This document shows, in pieces, positions 47,204 through 55,667 of a stretch of DNA of 64,000 nucleotides. Each line of letters begins with the position of its first letter. Position 1 is the first letter of the stretch. The stretch comes from Armatimonadota bacterium (GTDB lineage: Bacteria; Armatimonadota; UBA5829): NCBI GenBank assembly GCA_052035525.1, contig JBPOHN010000012.1, positions 208,784 to 272,783 on the forward strand, read 5' to 3'. A program made the translations under genes and the position numbers. The notes under the pieces were generated by a model. The model worked only from the letters and a program-made list of their open reading frames with translations, had not been told where the DNA came from and ran no database searches.

Positions 47204-48496
47204 TTATATGAACTGCGTCTTTCCCGGCACCGCGACCGGCGGTACGGGAAGTGGGCCGAGTTCGAGCACATCCGGCATCAGGTTCTCTTTGGAGTTGATA
47301 GCCTGCTCCCAGGTGATCTCCTGGCCGGTATACGCCGACATCCTGCCCATAATGGCAGTCATGCAGCTTTCGGCGACCTGCTGAGCCTCGTTAAGAGGAG
47401 TGCCCGCGCGGATGCTGGCTATCAGGTCCTTGTGCTCCTGCTGATATGGGCTGGGGTTGGGGCCGGTGTAGTTCCACGCGCGGCCTCTATCCTTATCGCG
47501 CAAGATCATGTCAGCGCAGTTGGAAACGCCCTTCTTGCCCTGGACGAACTCGGATACCTTGTTGGCGCAGCCGTCGATCTGGCGGCACATGCTGAGCACT
47601 CGCGCGCCGTTGGGGTATTCGAAGTGGACTGTGAAGTGATCGTAGATGTGCCCGTAGGCGGGATCGGTCCTGACCTCTCTGCCGCCGAAGCCGATAGCCT
47701 TGACGGGGTGTGAACCGATCACCCAGTTCATCACGTCGATGTTGTGGACGTGCTGCTCGCAGATGTGGTCGCCCGAGAGCCAGGTGAAATACAGCCAGTT
47801 GCGAACTTGCCACTCCATATCGCTCCATTCGGGCTTGCGGCCGTGGTTCCAGAGTCCGCCCTGGTTCCAGTAGCACTGGCCGCTGATGATCTCGCCGATC
47901 GCGCCGTCGTGGATCTTCCGTATCGTCTCCACGTAGCCGGCCTGATGTCTGCGCTGCGTTCCTGCCACAATCCCAAGGCCCTTCTGCTTCGCCATCTCGC
48001 CCGCGGCTATGACCGTCCTGACCCCGGGTGCATCGACCGCGACCGGTTTCTCCATGAACACATGCTTGCCGGCCTGCACCGCAGCTTTCAGATGCGTAGG
48101 CCTGAAGCCGGGGGGCGATGCGAGAATGACCATGTCAACGCCGGCTGCTATGACCTTCTTGTAGTTGTCGAACCCGGTGAAGCATCGGTCTCTGGTGATG
48201 TCCACTTTGCCCTTGAGGTTTTCATCCTGGGTAAAGCTCTGGAAGGCGCTATCGACCCTGTCCTGGAACAGATCGCCCAGCGCGACGATCTTGACTCCAC
48301 TGGATGTCAATGCGTCGCGCGCCGCGCCTTTTCCGCGACCACCGCAGCCGATAAGACCGACCCGGATCACGTCCGAACCTGCCGCATGCACTCCCTGGCC
48401 AAGGACCATCGGGCCCGCGCCGGCAATCACCGCTACTGCCGCGGAACTCTTGAGGAAATCCCTGCGGGACATGCCATCAGTCTGATTAGAACTCAT
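47204..48496 (-). CDS. Tat-secreted Gfo/Idh/MocA-family oxidoreductase
   Basis: MSRRDFLKSSAAVAVIAGAG (Tat), then VGLIGCGGRGKGAA Rossmann. Confidence 0.85.
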   Translation of the reverse strand: MSSNQTDGMSRRDFLKSSAAVAVIAGAGPMVLGQGVHAAGSDVIRVGLIGCGGRGKGAARDALTSSGVKIVALGDLFQDRVDSAFQSFTQDENLKGKVDITRDRCFTGFDNYKKVIAAGVDMVILASPPGFRPTHLKAAVQAGKHVFMEKPVAVDAPGVRTVIAAGEMAKQKGLGIVAGTQRRHQAGYVETIRKIHDGAIGEIISGQCYWNQGGLWNHGRKPEWSDMEWQVRNWLYFTWLSGDHICEQHVHNIDVMNWVIGSHPVKAIGFGGREVRTDPAYGHIYDHFTVHFEYPNGARVLSMCRQIDGCANKVSEFVQGKKGVSNCADMILRDKDRGRAWNYTGPNPSPYQQEHKDLIASIRAGTPLNEAQQVAESCMTAIMGRMSAYTGQEITWEQAINSKENLMPDVLELGPLPVPPVAVPGKTQFI

Positions 48497-48663
48497 TCTC
48501 TTTCCCCCACTTGGAGATTGGTATCGTTATGCAACCGCAGCGCCCTTCGATCCTTACGCTCAGGATGCTCCTGGCTCGTGGCGCCGACCAATGCTTCAGG
48601 CTCATGCTCCGGGCTCGCCGAATAGCGATCCGGATACAGGATGCTGCGGGCTGCGTTCGGCTG

Positions 48664-49500
48664 CTATTCGGCTGCGGGAGCCGGAGACTCGACGCAAATC
48701 ACGCGGAAGCCGACGAAGTGACCATCGGACAGCCACCACTTGCTCTTCGGGTCCTGCGGATCGTTGGCGCTCCATTCCTCTGTTTCATACTTCCGGGAGG
48801 CAGCATTTACCTTCGTCGGTTTGTCCTCAAAACAGCCTCCGCAGACGACGGGCTTGCCGCTCAGATCTACGGCCCATTCCGCTACGTTGCCGAGCATGTC
48901 ATACAGGCCCCACGCGTTTGGCGCCTTGCTGCCCACCGGGCTGGTCTTATTCGTTCCGCACACGGCGGCCTTGGCCAGCTGTGCAGGTGACAGATCGGGA
49001 AGCCCCGCCCGGCAGGCATACTCCCATTCCGCCTCGGTCGGCAGGCGGTAGCTCTTGCCGGTTTTTTCGGACAGCCACTTGCAGAAGGAAACGGCGCCAA
49101 GGTAGGTCTCGTTGATCACTGGATATCCCTTGTGACCGTAACCGCGATCGGCCTCGCCGTAAGGACTGCTGGGGCTGGAGGTCGCATCCTTGCCTATTAG
49201 CTTTGCTTCATTGAGCACCCCCAGCCTGTAGGCATCGTATGCGTCCCAGGTAGTCTCGGTCTTTGCCATGTAGAACGGCCCGACGGCCACTTTCTTTCTC
49301 GTGCCTTTCTTAGCCGGGTCCGGCATCATTATTTCGCCGGCGGGGATCGGCAACATGTCAATAGTGACCGTGGTGCCCGGAATCTTCTCCGTGTATGGAG
49401 CAGGCTTGGTGGTCTCGGGCGACAGGGTATCCTCGGCAGCTGCCCCTGACGCAGTGGCTAAGATGAGCGCGGCTATTGCTAGCCCTAGTATTCTTCTCAT
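48664..49500 (-). CDS. Formylglycine-generating-enzyme (SUMF1/FGE) domain protein, secreted
   Basis: LPTEAEWEYACRAG...GLYDMLGNVAEW matches the FGE-sulfatase domain. Start at MRRILGLAIAAL. Confidence 0.8.
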   Translation of the reverse strand: MRRILGLAIAALILATASGAAAEDTLSPETTKPAPYTEKIPGTTVTIDMLPIPAGEIMMPDPAKKGTRKKVAVGPFYMAKTETTWDAYDAYRLGVLNEAKLIGKDATSSPSSPYGEADRGYGHKGYPVINETYLGAVSFCKWLSEKTGKSYRLPTEAEWEYACRAGLPDLSPAQLAKAAVCGTNKTSPVGSKAPNAWGLYDMLGNVAEWAVDLSGKPVVCGGCFEDKPTKVNAASRKYETEEWSANDPQDPKSKWWLSDGHFVGFRVICVESPAPAAE

Positions 49501-49630
49501 TGGAGCATTTCTTCCTTTCGTTCGCCCTGGAAAGTGACTTTCCTCATTCGATTCGGAATAACGGCGCGCATCGCCCACAGATACCTCGTCTCGCTAAAGA
49601 TCACGAGATCGTCCTGCCGGAAGGACAGGA

Positions 49631-51505
49631 CTAGGGTAGCTCGACCACGCACGCGCCTCGGCTGAATGTTATCACTCTCCGCTGATCCTTGATAGACGCC
49701 AGCGCGGCGTCAAGAATGCCAATCCGCTCTACCGCCGAATCGTGCTCGATGCTGCCCGGCTCGTTGAACCGCCGCTCATCCTCCAGCACCTGCCGGTAGT
49801 ACTCGAAGTACTCAGGCTTGCCGTAATACTCGCGGTCGAGGTATTCGCACATCGCCTTGGACTGGTCCTCTCTAACCAGCAGCGACGCACATCCGCCCTT
49901 GCCCGCTCCGGTCAGCTTTCCTCCCAGGTAACCCGGGCCGCGCCGGGCGATGGTCAGCAGCAGGTCGAGCTGCGGGTTCGATACTCTGAAATCGATCGAG
50001 AGGATATCCTGCAGTTCGTCTACCATCTTCCCGACTTCGATGCGATACGCGTCATACTCCGCCGAATAAGGCGACAAATCACCCGAATCAACCCTGCGCT
50101 GCGCCTCGTTGAATATGCGTTCCAGACGCTTGCCTATGATGTTTTCCTTGTGGAAAAACCTCGCCGTAGTGCGGATATGGTATCCGCCGATGGCGCCTCG
50201 TTTCGGCGCGGTGTAGATTCGTTCGATCGTCTCAGCGTCCCTGCCGAATATGGCTCCAGCTTCCTGGGGAGTGATCTTTACGGGCAAGAGGAGCAGCAGT
50301 TCCCGTATCACGTCGTCGGACACCCCGAGAATATCCTCGTGCAGGCTGCCGAACTTGAAGTAGTTCTGCTCGATCTTGTCCCAAAGCGCCGGTTGGGATT
50401 CCAGAAGCGGCACCCTTCCGCCTACGTTGTAGCCGAACTTGCTGTTGATGAGCCGGCCAAGCCAGCCTTCTTTGGATCCTGAGACGAGTTCAGGATGACG
50501 GGACAGCTCTTCGCGCACAGCCTTGATGATGAGCTTCATCAGTTCGTCGCCCATCTGCATCCAGCCTTTGCGCATGTTGAAGCTCTGATTTCCGCCCAGG
50601 GTCTTGTTGACCTCCCACAACGAGTTAGCAAGCACAACATGGATCCCCTGCAGGAACGGTAGCGGGGTGGTGTCAAGGTCGGGCCTGGAGTGGCGGTTGT
50701 AGACGACGCTGTTCACGGGGTTGCGAAGGATCGTCATCTGGTCGTTCGCGCCGCCGTGCGTTCCCACATACCACTCAGCCTCGCCCATGAGCTTGCATAT
50801 GTGCTGGATCGACCAACCCGGCAGTCTGTCCTGGTTAGACAGCAGCAGCGTGAGCATCGAGAGCACGACGATGGCGGAAGATGAGCTTGTGCCCGCCCTG
50901 AACGGGGCCGTTGCGCGCCCGAATGTGAGATCGGCGCCCTTCATCGGAAATGTTGGATCGTCCCATAGCACTCGCATAAACGGGCTGAGGACATAGTTCA
51001 GCCAGTTGCCTTGCGGACGGCCATAGTGCGGGTAGACGAGCGAGCGATTGTCCCAGTTGTCCTCAAGCTCGCTCGCGTGCTCGTCCCACGGGGCTTTCGC
51101 AAACCTATCGAATTCGGTGCTTATGCATAACCTATCCGGCGGGAACAACGGGTTGATGTTGGTTACGTCAAGGATGTCGTCGTCGCGGGGGGTGAGGCAG
51201 ACCGGGATATCGCCATCTATTGTAGTGGACATGTGGTCGCCAGCGCACATATCCAGGTATTCAAGAAAAGCGTTCAGCCGCCCTGGAGCGCGGATCAGGA
51301 AGCTCGGCTTATCGCCGACTCTCTCGGCATGAAGTCTCGCCGTTTCGGCAAGTCGCTTTCGCTGTTGGGCAAGGTAGTCGGGCGCTGTGTTGGCGTATAT
51401 CTGAAGCCCGAGATACTCATCTACCTCAGCGGCGCCGGATTCGAGCATCCGGGCGATCTCCATCGGAGGGAGAGGAGTGGCGGCCAATCTGAACGTATCG
51501 CTCAT
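49631..51505 (-). CDS. GHMP-family sugar kinase (large, galactokinase/fucokinase-like)
   Basis: GHMP motif II AGTSSSSAIVVL and motif III GGKLTGAGKGGCASLLV. Confidence 0.7.
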   Translation of the reverse strand: MSDTFRLAATPLPPMEIARMLESGAAEVDEYLGLQIYANTAPDYLAQQRKRLAETARLHAERVGDKPSFLIRAPGRLNAFLEYLDMCAGDHMSTTIDGDIPVCLTPRDDDILDVTNINPLFPPDRLCISTEFDRFAKAPWDEHASELEDNWDNRSLVYPHYGRPQGNWLNYVLSPFMRVLWDDPTFPMKGADLTFGRATAPFRAGTSSSSAIVVLSMLTLLLSNQDRLPGWSIQHICKLMGEAEWYVGTHGGANDQMTILRNPVNSVVYNRHSRPDLDTTPLPFLQGIHVVLANSLWEVNKTLGGNQSFNMRKGWMQMGDELMKLIIKAVREELSRHPELVSGSKEGWLGRLINSKFGYNVGGRVPLLESQPALWDKIEQNYFKFGSLHEDILGVSDDVIRELLLLLPVKITPQEAGAIFGRDAETIERIYTAPKRGAIGGYHIRTTARFFHKENIIGKRLERIFNEAQRRVDSGDLSPYSAEYDAYRIEVGKMVDELQDILSIDFRVSNPQLDLLLTIARRGPGYLGGKLTGAGKGGCASLLVREDQSKAMCEYLDREYYGKPEYFEYYRQVLEDERRFNEPGSIEHDSAVERIGILDAALASIKDQRRVITFSRGACVVELP

Positions 51506-51660
51506 ATGGTTGGTGACCCTTCGTCTGTCTGTACTACACATGAGATTAGCACAAAACTCAGCAGGGGTCTACAAAGTCCCGCGGCCGTCGTGGGGCGCGA
51601 CGGGCTGCATGGTATAATGAATGTACTCCACTGGCCGGATGATTTGGAAGGCTCAGGAAC

Positions 51661-52365
51661 ATGCGCAGAGCTAACAACGCCGCATTCACACTGATCGAGC
51701 TGCTGGTAGTAATGGCCATCATAGCAATACTCGCCGCCATTCTGTTCCCCGTGTTCGCTAACGCGAAGGAACGTGCCCGAATGGCCACCTGTACCTCAAA
51801 CGTCAAGACCCTGTCTTCAGCGTTTCGGATGTATGCCGATAGCAACGGCGGCAAGCTCCCGTGCGCTTTCGTGCTTTGGGTGACTCCTTTGGGCGGGCCG
51901 GACTGGTGCGGATGCGTGAACACGGGCAGCCCCGTTGTGAACATCGAAAGGTCAGCGATCTGGAACTATTGCGGCAAGAACAAGCGCATCTTCGTCTGTC
52001 CTACCGACAGCTTCATCGCGCCGACCAACGTGACGCCGGTTACTAAGGACTACCCCTTGTGCTATTCGATGAACTGGATGCTGGGGACGGAGAAGACTCA
52101 TCCTCAGTGCGGTGGAAGGGGCCGCGTCGCCATAGACACCGTCCGATATCCCACGAAAGTGCTGATGCTGATACACGAAGGCAGGCAGAATATCGACGAC
52201 GGGTGCTTCTACTGGGCAATCGGAGACGCCAGCCCCCGCAACCAACCGTCCAAGATCCACTATGGCGGCACGACCGCCTCCTACCTCGACGGTCACGCGA
52301 AGTGGTTGGGCTTCGACGCCTTCATCAAAGAGCGCGACAGCGGTTTGTGGGATCCTCTCAGATAG
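51661..52365 (+). CDS. Prepilin-type N-terminal cleavage/methylation domain protein with DUF1559
   Basis: AFTLIELLVVMAIIAILAAILFPVF, and a C-terminal H-x9-DG-like YLDGHAKW. Confidence 0.85.
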   Translation: MRRANNAAFTLIELLVVMAIIAILAAILFPVFANAKERARMATCTSNVKTLSSAFRMYADSNGGKLPCAFVLWVTPLGGPDWCGCVNTGSPVVNIERSAIWNYCGKNKRIFVCPTDSFIAPTNVTPVTKDYPLCYSMNWMLGTEKTHPQCGGRGRVAIDTVRYPTKVLMLIHEGRQNIDDGCFYWAIGDASPRNQPSKIHYGGTTASYLDGHAKWLGFDAFIKERDSGLWDPLR

Positions 52366-52370
52366 CGCTT

Positions 52371-52401
52371 CACCCCCTCAGTCCCCCCTTCGCAAGGGGG
52401 G
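52371..52401. repeat. Poly-C/poly-G hairpin element, copy C (CACCCCC-tcagt-CCCCCC-TTCGCAA-GGGGGG), reverse orientation
   Basis: Intergenic, just after the DUF1559 gene stop. Confidence 0.55.
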
Positions 52402-52586
52402 AAGCCACGTCTGCGCTCATCCTTAGCAGGCGAAGTCACATCTGCTTCCTAACTTGCCCGGTGGGAGCCGCGTCCTTGTCCGTGTGCCTGTGCTGTTATA
52501 CAATGGCAAACAGTTGTAGGCTGCCGGAGAGAAGATGCTGAGAATGCGCGTGTTCTGCCCAGCCCAGCCCTTGAGAGGAAGAGAAG

Positions 52587-53636
52587 ATGATAGAGACATT
52601 GCTTGCTGATCTGGAATCGCGGATCGACCCGGCGGGTGAGAAGAAGCTGCTGGACGAGTGGATCGATTTCCTTGAAGGGGGCTTTTCGGGCTACGTTTTC
52701 AGGCCGATGCGCAACCACATCGCGCCGCCGCGAGTGGATTGGCCGACGGTGACCGTGAACCAGGCGCTGGAGGACCAGGAGGCTATGGCGATCCAGCAGT
52801 TCGGCCCTGTTTCGGCTGCGCTGGAAGCGGGCAATGGCGCGATTCTGAACATAAGATCCAACTATGGCACGTCCACGCTGCCGTCGCTGTTCGGCGTTGA
52901 GCCATACATCATGGACGAGACGCTCAACACCCTCCCGACCTCTCTCCCTATGCCGGGCGGAATAGATGGCGTGAAGGCGGCGCTCGACAAGGGCATTCCG
53001 GATGTGCATTCGGTGCTGGGCGGCAAGACGCTGGAGATGAACCGGCGGTTTATCGAGATGATGCAGCCCTATCCGAAGGTGAGTGAGTTCGTGCATATCT
53101 ATCACCCCGACGCGCAAGGCCCGATCGACATCTGCGAGGTGCTGTGCGGCAGCGAGATGTTCTACTATCTCTACGACTACCCGGACCTGATGAAGCAGTT
53201 CCTGGAGATGATCACCGAGACCTACGTTATTTTCATGCGCGAGTGGGAGAAGATCGTTGCACCGAAGCTGGATGGTTACGCGGCGCACTGGGGGATGCTG
53301 CACAAGGGTCGGATTACGCTGCGGGACGATTCGCTGATGAACCTTTCCGAGGAGATGTATATCGAGTTTGTACGGCCGTTTGATCAGCGGCTGTTCGACG
53401 AGTTCGGCGGCGGGATGGTGCATTACTGCGGCAGGGGTGACCATTTCGCGCGGGCGATGTCGGAGATGCAGAGGCTTTACAGTGTCAACGTTGCGCAGCC
53501 GCACTTGAACGATATGGAGCAGGTGTTCAAGCATACGGTAGACAAAGGCATTAGCGTGCTGGGCTTTACCTCGCAGTGGGTACGCGAGCACCGCAAGTCC
53601 CTGCGGGACCTCCGCGGCCTTGTCCAAGTAGTGTAG
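52587..53636 (+). CDS. URO-D/MtaA-like family protein (second paralogue-type in the window)
   Basis: 349 aa; C-terminal ...YCGRGDH... and overall URO-D-like length. Preferred over the 392-aa antisense ORF. Confidence 0.6.
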   Translation: MIETLLADLESRIDPAGEKKLLDEWIDFLEGGFSGYVFRPMRNHIAPPRVDWPTVTVNQALEDQEAMAIQQFGPVSAALEAGNGAILNIRSNYGTSTLPSLFGVEPYIMDETLNTLPTSLPMPGGIDGVKAALDKGIPDVHSVLGGKTLEMNRRFIEMMQPYPKVSEFVHIYHPDAQGPIDICEVLCGSEMFYYLYDYPDLMKQFLEMITETYVIFMREWEKIVAPKLDGYAAHWGMLHKGRITLRDDSLMNLSEEMYIEFVRPFDQRLFDEFGGGMVHYCGRGDHFARAMSEMQRLYSVNVAQPHLNDMEQVFKHTVDKGISVLGFTSQWVREHRKSLRDLRGLVQVV

Positions 53637-53746
53637 GGCTACGCATTTCTCTTCGTTTTGCGCACGCTTCGCCTTTACAAGTTCCGCTTGCCCGCTTGCC
53701 GATTCGCGGGTAGAATAGGCCAGACGAGTTCAGGGAGGCGTATCGA

Positions 53747-54310
53747 ATGGACATTAAGGAAGCAATCTACACTCGCCGGTCTATCAGGGCGTATCAGGAC
53801 AAGCCTGTCGAGAAGGCGCTTATCGAGCAGTGCATAGACGCCGCCGTGCAGGCTCCGACAGCCATGAACGGCCAGCCGTGGGCGTTCGCCGTGATTCAGG
53901 ACAAGACGATGCTCAAGGAGTTGTCTGACGAAACCAAGGCATTCCTGTTGGGCATGATGGACAAGATGCCGGCGATGGAGCGCTACAGGGAAAACCTCGA
54001 GAACCCTGACTACAGCGTGTTTTACAATGCGCCCGCGCTCGTGATCATCTGCTCCAAGCCGGACAGCGGTCCCGCGCCGGTGATCGATTCCGCCCTTGCC
54101 GCTGAGAACCTGATGCTGATGGCGCGCAGCCTGGGGCTCGGGAGCTGCTGGATAGGCTTCTCCGGGATGTATCTCGGGACCGACGATGCCAGGCGGAAAT
54201 ATGGCATTCCGGAGGGTTACGGCGTTCAGGCGCCGATCGTTCTTGGCTATCCGGATTCCGAGTTTTCGAGGATGGACAGGAACCCGACAGAGATCATCTA
54301 CTGGAAATAG
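53747..54310 (+). CDS. Nitroreductase-family protein
   Basis: IYTRRSIRAY...PTAMNGQPW...CWIG. Confidence 0.85.
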   Translation: MDIKEAIYTRRSIRAYQDKPVEKALIEQCIDAAVQAPTAMNGQPWAFAVIQDKTMLKELSDETKAFLLGMMDKMPAMERYRENLENPDYSVFYNAPALVIICSKPDSGPAPVIDSALAAENLMLMARSLGLGSCWIGFSGMYLGTDDARRKYGIPEGYGVQAPIVLGYPDSEFSRMDRNPTEIIYWK

Positions 54311-54331
54311 ACGAGAAACCTTCGGAGACGG

Positions 54332-55663
54332 ATGCTTCAGCGGCGTGATGAGAGAGAAGGGCTGAGGATGAGGGGAATGCTTGAGCTTGTTCTGATCTTT
54401 GTCTGTGTGGGTTTGTTGATGGGCTCGGCTTCGGCCGCGCCGGATGAGGATTTCTTCCCGATAATGCCGTGGGACAGTCTGCGCGGATGGGGCGTGCAGA
54501 TCGAGGGCTATGACGATCCGCTCGAAAGCGTCGCCGAGTGCAACTTCACGATCGCCGGGTTCGTTCAGCCGGAGCAGTTGCCTGTGTGCGAGAGATTGGG
54601 GCTGAAGGCCATCATTTCGCGTCCGCAGATGCCCGGCGCCGGCAACAAGCTGTGGTTTGGTGACAGCGACGCGGAGATAGATGCGGCGATTAAGGCGCAG
54701 GTCGAGAAGGCCGGCAAGAGCGATGCGATAATGGGCTACTACATCGTCGATGAGCCGGGCGCTCCCGCATTTCCGCTGCTTGCCAAGACGGTTGCCGCGG
54801 TGCGCAAGTATGCCCCGGGCAAGCTTTCCTACATCAACCTCTTCCCGGGATACGCGACGATTGGCGCGCCGGACAAGTCGCAGCTTGGCACCGCGAGCTT
54901 CACCGAGTATCTGGAGCGCTTCGTCGCCGAGGTAAAGCCGGACATCCTGAGCTATGACAACTACAAGGTGATGACCTCGGACAACCTCCAGAGCGCCGAC
55001 CAGGGCGCTGTGTTCTTCTCGGATCTTGTGGAGGTGCGGCGGGTCTCGCAGGAGAGTGGGATTCCGTTCTGGAACGTGTGCTGCTCGAACCGGATCCGGC
55101 CCTATACGACCGTACCCTCGCCGGCCAACCTTTCGCTTCAGGCCTATGCCACGCTCGCTGCCGGAGGACGGGGCCTGGCGTGGTATACCTACTACCAGCG
55201 GGGCTACGCTTACGCTCCCATCGACAGTGGCACTGAGGGCACAGGCTACAAGACGCAGACCTGGTATTACCTGAGGGATATCAATCGCCAGGTAAGAACC
55301 CTCGGGCCGATCATGAACCGGCTCAAATCAACTGGCGTGTTCTTCACCGAGAGCCCCGCGAAGAACGCGGTGCTGCTGCCGGGCAAGCTCGTGAAGAGCG
55401 TGGAATCGGTTTCGTCCATCAAAGGCTTCAGCAAAGACGCGCCGCGGATCATGGTCGGCGAGTTCGAGGGCAAGGATGGCAACTACGTGATGCTGGTCAA
55501 CATCAGCCTGGAGAAGGCAGCGAACGTGAAGCTTCAGACCGCACAGACCTACGCGAAGAAGGAAGTCGTCTCGCCGGTGGACGCGCACCTTACGCCGCTC
55601 GACGAAACCGACGGGCACTGGCTTGTGCCGGGTGGCGGAGTCCTCATTAAGCTGACGAAGTAG
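54332..55663 (+). CDS. Secreted hypothetical protein, possibly a glycoside-hydrolase-like TIM barrel
   Basis: Signal peptide; no catalytic motif confidently recognised. The start may be at MRGML (54353). Confidence 0.45.
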   Translation: MLQRRDEREGLRMRGMLELVLIFVCVGLLMGSASAAPDEDFFPIMPWDSLRGWGVQIEGYDDPLESVAECNFTIAGFVQPEQLPVCERLGLKAIISRPQMPGAGNKLWFGDSDAEIDAAIKAQVEKAGKSDAIMGYYIVDEPGAPAFPLLAKTVAAVRKYAPGKLSYINLFPGYATIGAPDKSQLGTASFTEYLERFVAEVKPDILSYDNYKVMTSDNLQSADQGAVFFSDLVEVRRVSQESGIPFWNVCCSNRIRPYTTVPSPANLSLQAYATLAAGGRGLAWYTYYQRGYAYAPIDSGTEGTGYKTQTWYYLRDINRQVRTLGPIMNRLKSTGVFFTESPAKNAVLLPGKLVKSVESVSSIKGFSKDAPRIMVGEFEGKDGNYVMLVNISLEKAANVKLQTAQTYAKKEVVSPVDAHLTPLDETDGHWLVPGGGVLIKLTK

Positions 55664-55667
55664 CGTC

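Noticed and set aside
48617-48672. Inverted repeat GCCGAATAGC...GCTATTCGGC at the 3' end of the FGE gene
   Set aside because: One arm overlaps the coding sequence and stop codon, and no U-tract follows on the relevant strand; function unclear.
52449-53627. 392-aa minus-strand ORF
   Set aside because: Antisense to the URO-D-like gene at 52587-53636; composition-driven.
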